Below, piece by piece: positions 1-9,744 of a DNA stretch of 64,000 nucleotides. Origin of the DNA: a bacterium. Its GTDB lineage: Bacteria; Patescibacteriota; Minisyncoccia; Phycocordibacterales; UBA5272. Position 1 is the first letter of the stretch; every line of letters begins with the position of its first letter. The notes under the pieces are model-generated. The model ran no database searches. It saw only the letters and a program-made list of their open reading frames with translations, and was not told the origin of the DNA. The stretch lies in NCBI GenBank assembly GCA_023267535.1, contig JAHFNC010000004.1:3757-67756 (forward strand), in the 5' to 3' direction. Position numbers and translations under genes: made by a program.

Positions 1-1
1 A

Positions 2-172
2 ATTGCAACAAAGTATGAGAATAGTAAAAAAATAGATCACACAGAAGTACAAAAACTAACACAAGACTTAAAAAAACATTGGAAGATAATCAAAGGCGAA
101 GCTAAAGTTGCAAAAAAAGAAACTTTCAAAAGTGTAAAAAAGATAATAAAAAAGAAAAGTAAAAAAGATTAG
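2..172 (+). CDS. 3' end of an unidentified CDS (Lys-rich C-terminus), partial at window edge
   Basis: Open frame from window start to TAG at 170-172; K-rich tail; no homology recognisable. Confidence 0.2.
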   Translation: MATKYENSKKIDHTEVQKLTQDLKKHWKIIKGEAKVAKKETFKSVKKIIKKKSKKD

Positions 173-188
173 AATTTTAATATTTATC

Positions 189-563
189 TTACTTACTCGC
201 TCTTTTGGCTTCATTTGCTTTTGCTTTGGCTTTTAAAATTTCTTTTATAATTGTGGTCGGTATTTTTTGGTCGAACTTTATTTGTATGGTTTTACTTCCA
301 GTTCCGTAACCTTTCTTTTCTAGTGCTTCGCGGTCTTTACTTTGTAATGCGAAGGCGAGACCGAAAGTAACGTGATTCTTAAATACAGCAAATCCAGCGA
401 GAACACCATGATATTTGTAAAATGGCACACCCCAACTTATTCCTTCTTCTGCTTTTGGAATAGTCGCCTTTATTATTTTTCGAAGTTCTTTCATTGTCGG
501 GCGAGATTTTTCATCTGAACTGGCAATGTAGGAATCAACGTCTTTTGCTTTATAATTTCTCAT
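189..563 (-). CDS. DUF1801 (YdhG-like) domain protein
   Basis: 124 aa; WGVPFYKYHG / VLAGF..K..VTFGF pattern typical of DUF1801 family. Confidence 0.45.
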   Translation of the reverse strand: MRNYKAKDVDSYIASSDEKSRPTMKELRKIIKATIPKAEEGISWGVPFYKYHGVLAGFAVFKNHVTFGLAFALQSKDREALEKKGYGTGSKTIQIKFDQKIPTTIIKEILKAKAKANEAKRASK

Positions 564-601
564 TTTCTTTATGAGATAATTTTATCATATTGTTGGTAAC
601 C

Positions 602-895
602 TTAACTTAAAGAAAAATAGAAAGTAGTGACTATTATTATTTGAATAAAAATCATCGTAAAAAGTCTCTTAAGACCCGCAAGCGATGAAAAAGAAAGACA
701 TTGGAATATGCTTTTTACTTTAGGGTTAAATAAATATATTGCCAAAGATAAAAAATAAATTATTGCTGCCATCACCGTGACCACCAGAAGATTCGGACCC
801 TCAGGGTCATTGAAAAAGAAGAACATTACTCTAGAGCAGACGAGAGCTGTTATACCTAAAATAATTAATGAAATCTTTTTTGATTTGTAATACAT
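602..895 (-). CDS. small hypothetical membrane protein
   Basis: 97 aa, three hydrophobic helices; no motif recognised. Confidence 0.3.
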   Translation of the reverse strand: MYYKSKKISLIILGITALVCSRVMFFFFNDPEGPNLLVVTVMAAIIYFLSLAIYLFNPKVKSIFQCLSFSSLAGLKRLFTMIFIQIIIVTTFYFSLS

Positions 896-936
896 ATTGT
901 AATTATACTAGAAAATTTACCAACATTGTTTTCTAA

Positions 937-1176
937 ATACCACACTTTTTAAAGAAAAACGGTGCCTGTCCCCAATTCCAAATAGGTGTTTTAGGGATTA
1001 AGGATAGCACTAGTGTTGGAGATGTAGATATACGAAATTACGCGAAGTATATTTTGAGAGATGGGAAAGATATAGAAAAAAGAGAGTTGCTAGGATGTCT
1101 AAAAAGTAAAATTTTGCTATCAGATAAAAAGATCTACATAAGCGAAATTGAGTTAGTCCCAGTTAATCAAAAGTGA
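937..1176 (+). pseudogene. start-less 80-codon ORF immediately upstream of hsdM (possible gene remnant or non-ATG start)
   Basis: Open frame from the stop at 934-936 to TGA at 1174-1176 with no in-frame ATG or GTG; only an internal TTG; ends 7 nt before hsdM. Confidence 0.2.
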
Positions 1177-1183
1177 TATAATT

Positions 1184-2650
1184 ATGAGTAAATTTATGTT
1201 TGAACAAACTTTTAAGAATATAGACGACATCTTACATAAAGATGCAGGATGCGGAAGTGAGCTTGATTATGTTGAACAAACCTCATGGGTACTATTTTTG
1301 AAGTACCTCGATGATTTAGAGAAAGACAAGAAAACAGCGGCTGAACTTGCAGGAAAAAAGTACACCAACATCATATCTACTGAATACAGTTGGACTACGT
1401 GGGCTACACCAAAAGGTAAAGACGGAAAACTTGATCATCATAAAGCCTTAACTGGAGATGATTTAAAAGACTTTGTTGATCTTAAACTTTTTCCTTATCT
1501 TAAGAAATTTAAAACCACAGCTTTAAGTCCAGATACTATTGAATACAAGATTGGTGAGATTTTTTCTGAATTAAAAAATAGAATTCATAGTGGATATAAC
1601 TTACGTGAAGTTATTAATCGTATAGACGAGCTTCGTTTTCGTACTCATGCAGAAAAGCATGAAATGAGCCACTTGTATGAATCTAAAATACAGAACATGG
1701 GGAATGCTGGTCGTAATGGTGGTGAGTACTATACTCCAAGACCACTTATTACTACTATTGTTAAAGTGGTAGCTCCAAAAATTGGAGACACTATTTATGA
1801 TGGTGCAGTAGGTAGTGCAGGATTCTTATGTGAAGCTTTTGATTACCTAAAGAAGAGTAAAAACCTTACAACGAAAGATGTAGAAATTTTACAAAAGAAA
1901 ACTTTTTATGGAAAGGAAAAGAAATCATTAGCATATATTATCGGTACAATGAATATGATTTTACACGGTGTAGAAGCTCCTAATATTATCCATACCAACA
2001 CTCTTGCTGAAAATCTTGCAGATATACAAGAAAAAGATCGTTATAATGTTGTGTTGGCAAACCCACCATTTGGAGGAAAAGAACGAGTAGAGGTACAGCA
2101 GAACTTTCCAATTAAAACAGGAGAAACTGCTTCTCTTTTCTTACAACACTTTATTAAGATATTAAAAGCAGGAGGTAAAGGCGGTGTGGTTATAAAAAAT
2201 ACATTTCTTAGTAATACAGATAACGCTACGGTTAGTTTAAGAAAGTTACTTCTTGAGAATTGTAACCTACATACAGTATTAGACTTACCTGCTGGAACTT
2301 TTACAGGTGCCGGTGTCAAAACAGTCGTACTCTTTTTTGAAAAAGGGTCCTCTACGAAAAAAGTATGGTTCTATCAACTTAACTTAGACAGAAATCTCGG
2401 TAAAACAAATTCACTTAGCGAGAAAGATTTAGAAGATTTTATTAAACTTCAAAAGAATAAAGCAGAAAGTGAAAACTCTTGGAGTATAGATATAAAAAAC
2501 ATAGACCAAAAGACTTTTGATTTAAGTGCAAAGAACCCTAACAAAAAAGAAGAGGTTGCTTTGCGTTCCCCAGAAGAGATTTTGAAAGAGATGAAAGCTT
2601 TAGATAAGGAGAGTGAAAAGATATTAAGCGGTATTATTAAATTGATATGA
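1184..2650 (+). CDS. hsdM: Type I restriction-modification system, DNA methyltransferase subunit M
   Basis: 488 aa; N6-adenine MTase motif IV NPPFGG, motif I-like GSAGFL; HsdM-type N-terminal domain; first gene of M-X-S-R operon. Confidence 0.9.
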   Translation: MSKFMFEQTFKNIDDILHKDAGCGSELDYVEQTSWVLFLKYLDDLEKDKKTAAELAGKKYTNIISTEYSWTTWATPKGKDGKLDHHKALTGDDLKDFVDLKLFPYLKKFKTTALSPDTIEYKIGEIFSELKNRIHSGYNLREVINRIDELRFRTHAEKHEMSHLYESKIQNMGNAGRNGGEYYTPRPLITTIVKVVAPKIGDTIYDGAVGSAGFLCEAFDYLKKSKNLTTKDVEILQKKTFYGKEKKSLAYIIGTMNMILHGVEAPNIIHTNTLAENLADIQEKDRYNVVLANPPFGGKERVEVQQNFPIKTGETASLFLQHFIKILKAGGKGGVVIKNTFLSNTDNATVSLRKLLLENCNLHTVLDLPAGTFTGAGVKTVVLFFEKGSSTKKVWFYQLNLDRNLGKTNSLSEKDLEDFIKLQKNKAESENSWSIDIKNIDQKTFDLSAKNPNKKEEVALRSPEEILKEMKALDKESEKILSGIIKLI

Positions 2651-3714
2651 ATGAAAAAAAAGAAGTAAAACATATTTTTATAGATTCGAATATTTTTTTA
2701 GATTTTTATAGATTAGGGAAAGAAGATTTAGAGAAACTTAATCAGTTGATTGACTTTGTTAAAAATGGTGATATTAAAATATATTTAACAAAACAGGTCT
2801 ACGATGAATTTTACAGACACAGAGAAGACACCTTTCAAAAAACATACAAAGGTTTTTTAGACTCAAAAACTGATATTCAGATGAATTCTATTTTTAAGAA
2901 TTATCCAGAATATAAAAAGATTACTCTTTTGAAAAAAGCTTTAGAGAAACTTAAGTCTGACTTAGGTCAAAAAGTAGAAAGTGACATGAGTTCAAAAAGT
3001 TTAATTGCGGATGAGGTTGTGAGAAAAATATTTGAAGCCTCTTTTTATATTGATTCGGATAAGTTTTTAGAAATGGCGATTATAAGACACAGACTTGGAA
3101 ATCCACCAGGTAAAAAAAATACTAGTTATGGAGATGAAATCAACTGGGAAACATTACTAAGTGTGGTTCCTGACGGAGAAAAACTAATAATAGTTAGTAA
3201 CGATGGAGATTACGAAAGTCCAATGTCAGAAAGAAAAATCAACGGCTATTTGGAAGCTGAATGGGATAAAAAAAAGAAATCAAAAATCTATTTATACAAG
3301 TCCCTAAGTTCATTTTTTAGAGAACACAACATTGCTATTGAGTTTGAAATTGAACAAGATAAAAGTTTACTTGTAGAAAATTTGATAAACAGTGGTAGTT
3401 TTATGGTAACTCACGAAGTTATAAGAAGGCTTTCAAAGTATAATTCATTTTCAGACGACCAAATAAAAGGTCTTGCTACAGCTTTACTAGGTAACTCGCA
3501 AGTACGGTCAATTATAGAAGATGATGATGTTAGAACTTTTTATAAAATAAACTTACTGTCTAGGTCTGATATTTTTGACGATGAAATGTGGAGTGAGATA
3601 GAGTCTCTTATTATAGTTAACCCAGTTCAGGTTAATAAAGATATTGAGGATATTATTAAAAGTCTTGATGATAAAATTGATGAAGATATCAATGTGGACG
3701 ACATTCCATTTTAA
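2647..3714 (+). CDS. Hypothetical protein with N-terminal PIN-like nuclease fold, embedded in type I RM operon
   Basis: 355 aa; start ATG overlaps hsdM stop (ATGA, 2647-2650); ends 3 nt before hsdS; N-terminal IFIDSNIFLDFY (PIN strand-1 Asp) and later IIVSNDGDY (PIN C-terminal acidic motif); acidic C-terminal tail. Confidence 0.6.
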   Translation: MNEKKEVKHIFIDSNIFLDFYRLGKEDLEKLNQLIDFVKNGDIKIYLTKQVYDEFYRHREDTFQKTYKGFLDSKTDIQMNSIFKNYPEYKKITLLKKALEKLKSDLGQKVESDMSSKSLIADEVVRKIFEASFYIDSDKFLEMAIIRHRLGNPPGKKNTSYGDEINWETLLSVVPDGEKLIIVSNDGDYESPMSERKINGYLEAEWDKKKKSKIYLYKSLSSFFREHNIAIEFEIEQDKSLLVENLINSGSFMVTHEVIRRLSKYNSFSDDQIKGLATALLGNSQVRSIIEDDDVRTFYKINLLSRSDIFDDEMWSEIESLIIVNPVQVNKDIEDIIKSLDDKIDEDINVDDIPF

Positions 3715-3717
3715 TTT

Positions 3718-4839
3718 ATGAAAAAAGAAAACTGGGAAATAAAAAGTTTTGAAGAATGTCTTGAAAAAGTTGTTTATACAAACAAAATTCAAAGAAAAGA
3801 TTTTCTTGATAATGGAAAGCATCCAGTAATTTCACAAGAGAAAGATTTTGTTAATGGGTACTGGGATAATTCTAAAGATTTATTTAAGGTTAGAAAACCA
3901 GTTATAATTTTTGGTGATCATACACAAGTCTTAAAATATGTAGATTTTGATTTTGTTCTTGGTGCTGATGGTGTAAAAATACTTCAGCCTACAAGTGAGC
4001 TAGAACCAAGATTTTTTTACTATTATTTACAAAACATAAATATTGGTAGTTTAGGATACGCAAGACATTACAGATTATTAAAAGAGAGTGAAGTAGAATT
4101 TCCAAAGTCTCTTTTAGAACAGCAACGCATAGTGTCAGTTTTAGATAAAGCATTCGTTGATATATCTAAAGCAAAAGATATTGCTGAACAGAATCTTAAA
4201 AATGCAAAAGAACTTTTTGAAAGTTATTTACAGAGTATGTTTACAAATAAAGGAGATGATTGGGAAGAGAAAACATTAGGCGGTATTGCTTTTGTAAAAA
4301 GTGGAGGAACTCCTTCAAGGTCTAAAAAAGAATACTGGACAGGTAAAATAGCTTGGTATTCGTCGGGTGAATTAAATAATTTGTACACCACAACGCCAGA
4401 AAGATATATTAACGATTTAGCAATTAGTAACTCAAATGCAAAAATCTTTCCAAAAGGTTCTCTTTTAATAGGTATGTATGATACTGCGGCTCTAAAAATG
4501 TCTATATTAGACAGAGACGGTTCTTTTAATCAAGCTATTGCAGGTGTAAAACCTAATGACAAAATTGACTTAACTTTTATTTTACACTCTATCAACTCTA
4601 TCAAACCAGAATTACTTAATTTAAGACGTGGTGTTCGTCAGAAAAATCTAAGTCTTGAAAAGATAAAAAGTATCCCTACCTATGTTCCTCCACTTCAAGT
4701 ACAGAAGAATGTTGTTTCTAAATTAGGAGAACTTTCCACTGAAACAAAAAAACTTGAAGCAATCTATGAACAAAAATTAAATGACTTAGAAGAACTTAAG
4801 AAAAGTATTCTTCAAAAGGTATTTAACGGCGAACTATAA
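3718..4839 (+). CDS. hsdS: Type I restriction-modification system, specificity subunit S
   Basis: 373 aa; two target-recognition-domain repeats with conserved central and C-terminal coiled-coil spacer regions typical of HsdS. Confidence 0.85.
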   Translation: MKKENWEIKSFEECLEKVVYTNKIQRKDFLDNGKHPVISQEKDFVNGYWDNSKDLFKVRKPVIIFGDHTQVLKYVDFDFVLGADGVKILQPTSELEPRFFYYYLQNINIGSLGYARHYRLLKESEVEFPKSLLEQQRIVSVLDKAFVDISKAKDIAEQNLKNAKELFESYLQSMFTNKGDDWEEKTLGGIAFVKSGGTPSRSKKEYWTGKIAWYSSGELNNLYTTTPERYINDLAISNSNAKIFPKGSLLIGMYDTAALKMSILDRDGSFNQAIAGVKPNDKIDLTFILHSINSIKPELLNLRRGVRQKNLSLEKIKSIPTYVPPLQVQKNVVSKLGELSTETKKLEAIYEQKLNDLEELKKSILQKVFNGEL

Positions 4840-4860
4840 AAGTGCTATAATGTCAAGATT

Positions 4861-7182
4861 ATGAACGAATCTGAAACAAGGGCAGAGCTAATTGATCCAA
4901 AGCTAAAAGCTTGTGGTTGGGGTGTTGTTGAAGGATCTAAAATACTCCGTGAATACAATATTACTGCTGGTAAAATCCAAACTGGAGGTATAAGAGGAAA
5001 GCTACTTACTGCTGATTATGTATTGGTCTACAAAGGCATAAAATTGGCTGTGGTTGAGGCAAAGAGTGCAAATATAGGAGTTGGTGAGGGTGTTGCACAA
5101 GCCAAGCAATATGCAGAGAAACTAAAAATAGAAACAACCTATTCTACAAACGGAAAAGAGATATACAGTATCTGTATGAAAACTGGTGTTGAGGGTTTGG
5201 TTTCTGGTTATCTCTCACCTGATGAACTTTGGAACAAAACTTTTTCGGTTCAAAATGAATGGAGAGAGAAATTTAGTTCTATTCCTTTTGAAGATAAGAG
5301 TGGCTCTTGGCAATTACGTTATTATCAAGAAATAGCAGTAAAGAATGTTCTTGAATATGTTGCAAATGATAGGGACCGCATTTTGCTCACCTTAGCTACT
5401 GGTACAGGTAAAACAGCTATCGCTTTTCAGATAGTATGGAAACTATTTCAGACAAGATGGAATTTAAAACGTGACGGTTCTCGTCGTCCTCGTATTTTAT
5501 TTTTAGCAGATAGAAACATATTAGCCGACCAAGCATACAACTCTTTTTCTTCATTTCCAGAAGATGCTTTGGTGCGTATTAATCCTAAAGAAATAAGTAA
5601 GAAAGGAAGTGTGCCTACTAATGGGTCTATTTTCTTTACTATCTTTCAAACCTTTATGAGTGGTAAAGATGCCGAGGGAAACCCTGCACCATACTTCGGA
5701 GAATATCCATCTGATTACTTTGATTTTATTATTATAGACGAATGTCATCGTGGCGGTGCAAACGATGAAGGAAACTGGAGAGGTATCTTGGAATATTTTT
5801 CTCCTGCTGTGCAATTAGGTTTAACAGCTACCCCAAAGCGTAAAGATAATGTCGATACATATAAATATTTTGGTGAGCCAGTATATATTTATTCTCTTAA
5901 AGAGGGTATTAATGATGGATTTCTTACACCTTTTAAGGTTAAGCGTATTAAGACAACATTAGACGATTATATTTATACAAGTGATGACCAAATCATCGAA
6001 GGGGAAATCGAGGAAGGAAAACTTTATACCGAACCTGATTTTAATAAGATAATTGAAATTAAAGCGAGAGAAGAAAAGCGTGTGAAGGTATTTATGGACG
6101 AAGCAAATCAAAATGAAAAAGCTATTGTCTTTTGTGCTACTCAAGATCATGCGGCTGCGGTTCGTGATTTAATTAATCAATACAAGAAAAGTGCTGATCC
6201 AAATTATTGTGTCCGTGTTACAGCAAATGATGGAGAGATAGGCGAACAATTTTTAAGAGAATTCCAAGATAACGAAAAAACTATACCAACTATTTTAACG
6301 ACATCACAGAAACTTTCAACTGGAGTAGATGCTAGAAATATACGTAACATTGTACTCATGCGACCAGTGAACTCTATGATTGAATTTAAGCAAATTGTAG
6401 GGCGTGGTACACGTTTATTTGATGGTAAGGAATTCTTTACTATTTATGACTTTGTGGATGCTTATCACCATTTTGCGGATCCTGAATGGGATGGAGAACC
6501 GATCAGTCCAGTAGATGATGAACCTACGGAACCTAAACCACCAAAAGGGGTAGAGGGTGAACCACCTTTTCCTCCAGAACCACCAACAGAACCAAATAAG
6601 AAACTTAAGATTAAATTACGAGATGGAAAAGAACGTGAAATACAACACATGATAGCAACTTCTTTTTGGGGTGCAGACGGTAAACCTATTTCTGTGGAAG
6701 AGTTTTTACAAAACCTGTTTGGGACACTGCCTAGTCTTTTTAAGGGTGAAGAAGAGTTGCGAGAGATATGGAGTAATCCAATAACAAGAAAAAGTTTGTT
6801 AGAAAAACTAGACGAGGCTGGGTATGGAAAAGACGAACTAACTACATTACAGAAATTAATTGACGCTGAAAATAGTGATCTTTTTGATGTGTTGGAATAT
6901 GTATTTAATAGTGACGTTAAACCGATACCAAGAGAGATAAGAGTAGAAACATCACAGGAAACTATTTTTGAATCCCTTAATGATAAACAAAAAGAATTTA
7001 TTGAATTTGTGTTGAGTAAATATATTGAAACAGGTGTAGAAGAATTAGACCAAGAGAAACTACCAATACTTCTTACTAATAAATATCAGTCGCTAGAAGA
7101 TGCAAAAGATACACTAGGTGATATTGATTTGATTCGTTCGATTTTCTTCAAATTCCAAGAGAAACTATACGCAAAAGTATAA
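4861..7182 (+). CDS. hsdR: Type I restriction enzyme, endonuclease/helicase subunit R (compact form)
   Basis: 773 aa; canonical HsdR N-terminus MNESETRAELIDPKLKACGWG; PD-(D/E)xK-like ADYVLV..VVEAKS; SF2 motif I ATGTGKT, motif II IIIDECHRG; Pro-rich linker then C-terminal helical domain. Confidence 0.9.
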   Translation: MNESETRAELIDPKLKACGWGVVEGSKILREYNITAGKIQTGGIRGKLLTADYVLVYKGIKLAVVEAKSANIGVGEGVAQAKQYAEKLKIETTYSTNGKEIYSICMKTGVEGLVSGYLSPDELWNKTFSVQNEWREKFSSIPFEDKSGSWQLRYYQEIAVKNVLEYVANDRDRILLTLATGTGKTAIAFQIVWKLFQTRWNLKRDGSRRPRILFLADRNILADQAYNSFSSFPEDALVRINPKEISKKGSVPTNGSIFFTIFQTFMSGKDAEGNPAPYFGEYPSDYFDFIIIDECHRGGANDEGNWRGILEYFSPAVQLGLTATPKRKDNVDTYKYFGEPVYIYSLKEGINDGFLTPFKVKRIKTTLDDYIYTSDDQIIEGEIEEGKLYTEPDFNKIIEIKAREEKRVKVFMDEANQNEKAIVFCATQDHAAAVRDLINQYKKSADPNYCVRVTANDGEIGEQFLREFQDNEKTIPTILTTSQKLSTGVDARNIRNIVLMRPVNSMIEFKQIVGRGTRLFDGKEFFTIYDFVDAYHHFADPEWDGEPISPVDDEPTEPKPPKGVEGEPPFPPEPPTEPNKKLKIKLRDGKEREIQHMIATSFWGADGKPISVEEFLQNLFGTLPSLFKGEEELREIWSNPITRKSLLEKLDEAGYGKDELTTLQKLIDAENSDLFDVLEYVFNSDVKPIPREIRVETSQETIFESLNDKQKEFIEFVLSKYIETGVEELDQEKLPILLTNKYQSLEDAKDTLGDIDLIRSIFFKFQEKLYAKV

Positions 7183-7200
7183 TTTTTCTTACTCAAAAAG

Positions 7201-9744
7201 TTAGATCATTCTTTTCTTTATGTTTCGTACAAGATCAGTGATTTCTTTCTTTGCAATATCAGGGATTTTAAATATAGAAACATCAGTTTTTAATAACCAT
7301 TCGGCACATTCCTTTCTATCATAATCCATACTTTCAATGTGGTTAGAAATTTCAATGGCTGTATGTCTACTTAGTCCGAGATTGATAAGAGAAACTTGGG
7401 TCCTTTCAAATACCCCAAACTCGAGCCACATATTTAAATCAGGGACGGAATCAAGAAACTCAGGGTGATTCATACTAAGATAATACTTTAAAATATCAAT
7501 ATAACATGAAGAATACTTTGCAAATTTAAACCTAACATATTCTTCTATATCCCCCATTGTGTTTCTGATAATTAGTGAAAGCTTTTTCTTGGGATCTCTA
7601 TTCTCCCAGTACCTAATATTAGACTTTATTATTCTAGCAAGTGGATATCCTCTCATCCAATTAGTTACTAGAATGGTGTAGTAAGGTGCGAGCGCTTCGT
7701 GGTCCCCAGAAAGAATTCTACTTATTCTTTTTATAATTGCTATGTAGCAATTAGACGCATCTAAATCGTCAGGTAAAACAGGAATTAGGTTTTTTATGTC
7801 ATCATCATAATTTACAAAATAATCAAAGAGTTTTTGTTGAGATATGGGGTTTATACCGGGATTTCTAAAAATTATATCATCTGGTATTTGAAGTGACTCT
7901 TTTACTTTTGAACACTCTACCTCAAGTTCATTAATGAAATCTTCGTCAAGAGGTTCATTTTTTAAGGAAGAGTTTTTAAGGAATTTTGTGAAATAATAAC
8001 TAAAAGCATATTCATGGTTAGAGCTAGAAGTTTCTTTAAAGTTACCTCTTATGTATTCAAGAAGATCAGTTTTATTTTCTGAAGCTTCAGTGATTGCTCT
8101 CTTAATAAAGTGCTTTGTTTTTTCTCTGATAGGTATATTATCCCAATCTTCAGGATCAATACATATAATATTTCCTTGAAATTCCTTTTTTAGGCGACCA
8201 GCTCGACCAGCGAGATTCCAAAAATCAGCTCCTGACATCGGTACTTTATTTCCTCTTTTTGGTTTTCTTATAAAAATTGATTTTGCTGGAAGGTTAACTC
8301 CTTCGAGAAGGGTTGAAGTACATACTAAGTATTTAATATGACCCTCAGAATATAATCTTTCAATTTCTTTTCTAATAACAAGTGGCATGTTGCCGTAATG
8401 AAAAGCAATCTTTCTTTCTAGAACTTTAGCTAAAGCATATTCTGGATGAATTAATTTCTTTATTAAATCAATCAATTCATTTATTTGATCATCTTCTGTT
8501 TCCTCTTTAGTTCCGACAAGATCAAAAAGTTTTTCTGAAGCATCTTCAGCATCTGCTTGTCCATTTACATATATCATGTTGCCACCTTCATTTGAACCAA
8601 GTAAGTAGCAAAAAGTAGACAGTTTTTCTTTTTCGTTTAAAGTTTGATTTAAGTTAATTTGCCCCAGTGGAGTAGATATATTTTTTAGACATAGGTTTAC
8701 GCTCCACTGCTTAGGGTGCCCCACTAATTGTGATACCCAAATTAAATTTTGATTTACGGCAATATATTCAGTAACTATAGTAGACCTATCTTCCTGGTTA
8801 CCTAAGCCATCCAGTAGAACCCCAGGGTTTTGAGAGAATGGACTACAGAATAGTATTTTTATGGCTGGTAGTCGAGTTGTAAGCTCTTCAATTTTTTGTT
8901 GTAAAAGAATACCTCTACCACCATCTCCAATTTTTTGAGCTTCGTCAATGACAAGAAAATCAATCTTAAAAGTGGGATTGTCACTTAGAAACCAATGTAA
9001 TCTTTCTTGCGTAAATATAAATAGAGATGGTTTGTTTAAGTCCATTTCATCAGGTGACTGAGGTACAGAACTTAGGTAAACAGAATAGTCTTCCTTATTA
9101 AACAATTGATCAGAAAAATCTTGCTCTACTTGATTGATAAGTGCTCTGGTAGGGACTATGTAGACAATATTTTTTGGATTCTTTTTGTCGTTTAGTTGCT
9201 CTAAAACAAAAGTATTTAGAATAAATGATTTTCCAGAAGAGGTTGGAGCAGAAGCACTTAAATAGTTTGAACTGTATGCTTTATCGTAAAAGTCTTTTTG
9301 AAATTTATTAAGATATATTGGCTCTTCATTTGTTTTTGTAAAAATGATATGTTCCACATCTCTTCTTGCATTTTCAATTTTAAAAGGTAACGGTATATCA
9401 TTATCGTAATCTGAAGGTAGATATTTCTTATGGATAGCAAGATTAATAGCTGGTTTGTTTGTTAACTTATGCAAAATGATAGATGCTCCAATTCTTTGGT
9501 TCTTCTTTGTTTCTGCATCTGTTAAACAACACTGGGCAATCCTTAATGCTGCATCTTGACAATCTGGGTTATCTGAATGTGATATTATACTTGCACACAT
9601 TAATAAATGATCCCAGTTTGGTATGTAAAATAAGTCAGATTGTTGATTTAAAATTGGGAAAAGTTTTATTACCGAATTTCTAATAATAGATAATAGGTCT
9701 TGTTGAAAGCTTTTTAAGTTATAAACTTTTTCAGGAAGGGTCAT
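7201..9744 (-). CDS. Ski2-like SF2 DEAD/DEAH-box helicase, Hachiman HamB-like candidate
   Basis: 847 aa; Walker A APTSSGKS, motif II VIDEAQ, motif V LLEGVNLPA, motif VI WNLAGRAGR; 14-nt overlap with upstream nuclease-like gene. Confidence 0.75.
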   Translation of the reverse strand: MTLPEKVYNLKSFQQDLLSIIRNSVIKLFPILNQQSDLFYIPNWDHLLMCASIISHSDNPDCQDAALRIAQCCLTDAETKKNQRIGASIILHKLTNKPAINLAIHKKYLPSDYDNDIPLPFKIENARRDVEHIIFTKTNEEPIYLNKFQKDFYDKAYSSNYLSASAPTSSGKSFILNTFVLEQLNDKKNPKNIVYIVPTRALINQVEQDFSDQLFNKEDYSVYLSSVPQSPDEMDLNKPSLFIFTQERLHWFLSDNPTFKIDFLVIDEAQKIGDGGRGILLQQKIEELTTRLPAIKILFCSPFSQNPGVLLDGLGNQEDRSTIVTEYIAVNQNLIWVSQLVGHPKQWSVNLCLKNISTPLGQINLNQTLNEKEKLSTFCYLLGSNEGGNMIYVNGQADAEDASEKLFDLVGTKEETEDDQINELIDLIKKLIHPEYALAKVLERKIAFHYGNMPLVIRKEIERLYSEGHIKYLVCTSTLLEGVNLPAKSIFIRKPKRGNKVPMSGADFWNLAGRAGRLKKEFQGNIICIDPEDWDNIPIREKTKHFIKRAITEASENKTDLLEYIRGNFKETSSSNHEYAFSYYFTKFLKNSSLKNEPLDEDFINELEVECSKVKESLQIPDDIIFRNPGINPISQQKLFDYFVNYDDDIKNLIPVLPDDLDASNCYIAIIKRISRILSGDHEALAPYYTILVTNWMRGYPLARIIKSNIRYWENRDPKKKLSLIIRNTMGDIEEYVRFKFAKYSSCYIDILKYYLSMNHPEFLDSVPDLNMWLEFGVFERTQVSLINLGLSRHTAIEISNHIESMDYDRKECAEWLLKTDVSIFKIPDIAKKEITDLVRNIKKRMI

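Noticed and set aside
1173-1182. Extended -10 promoter TGATATAAT immediately before hsdM
   Set aside because: The hexamer ends 2 nt before the hsdM ATG, so a transcript initiating from it would start inside the coding region. Probably a chance AT-rich match.
2041-2319. Antisense or embedded ORFs from the six-frame track. Examples: 2041-2319, 2449-2673, 5551-5814, 5959-6150, 9258-9440, 12087-12563, 20538-20810, 22688-23062, 27433-27672, 33007-33252, 36394-36941, 39973-40305, 48161-48742, 54172-54432, 56809-57135, 60715-61103
   Set aside because: Each lies entirely inside and opposite to (or out of frame with) a well-supported conserved gene, such as hsdM, hsdR, the ParB-like gene, lexA, ychF, dnaK, dnaJ, aspS, gltX, iscS, nrdD or the UvrD-like gene. 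They have low-complexity, compositionally driven sequences.
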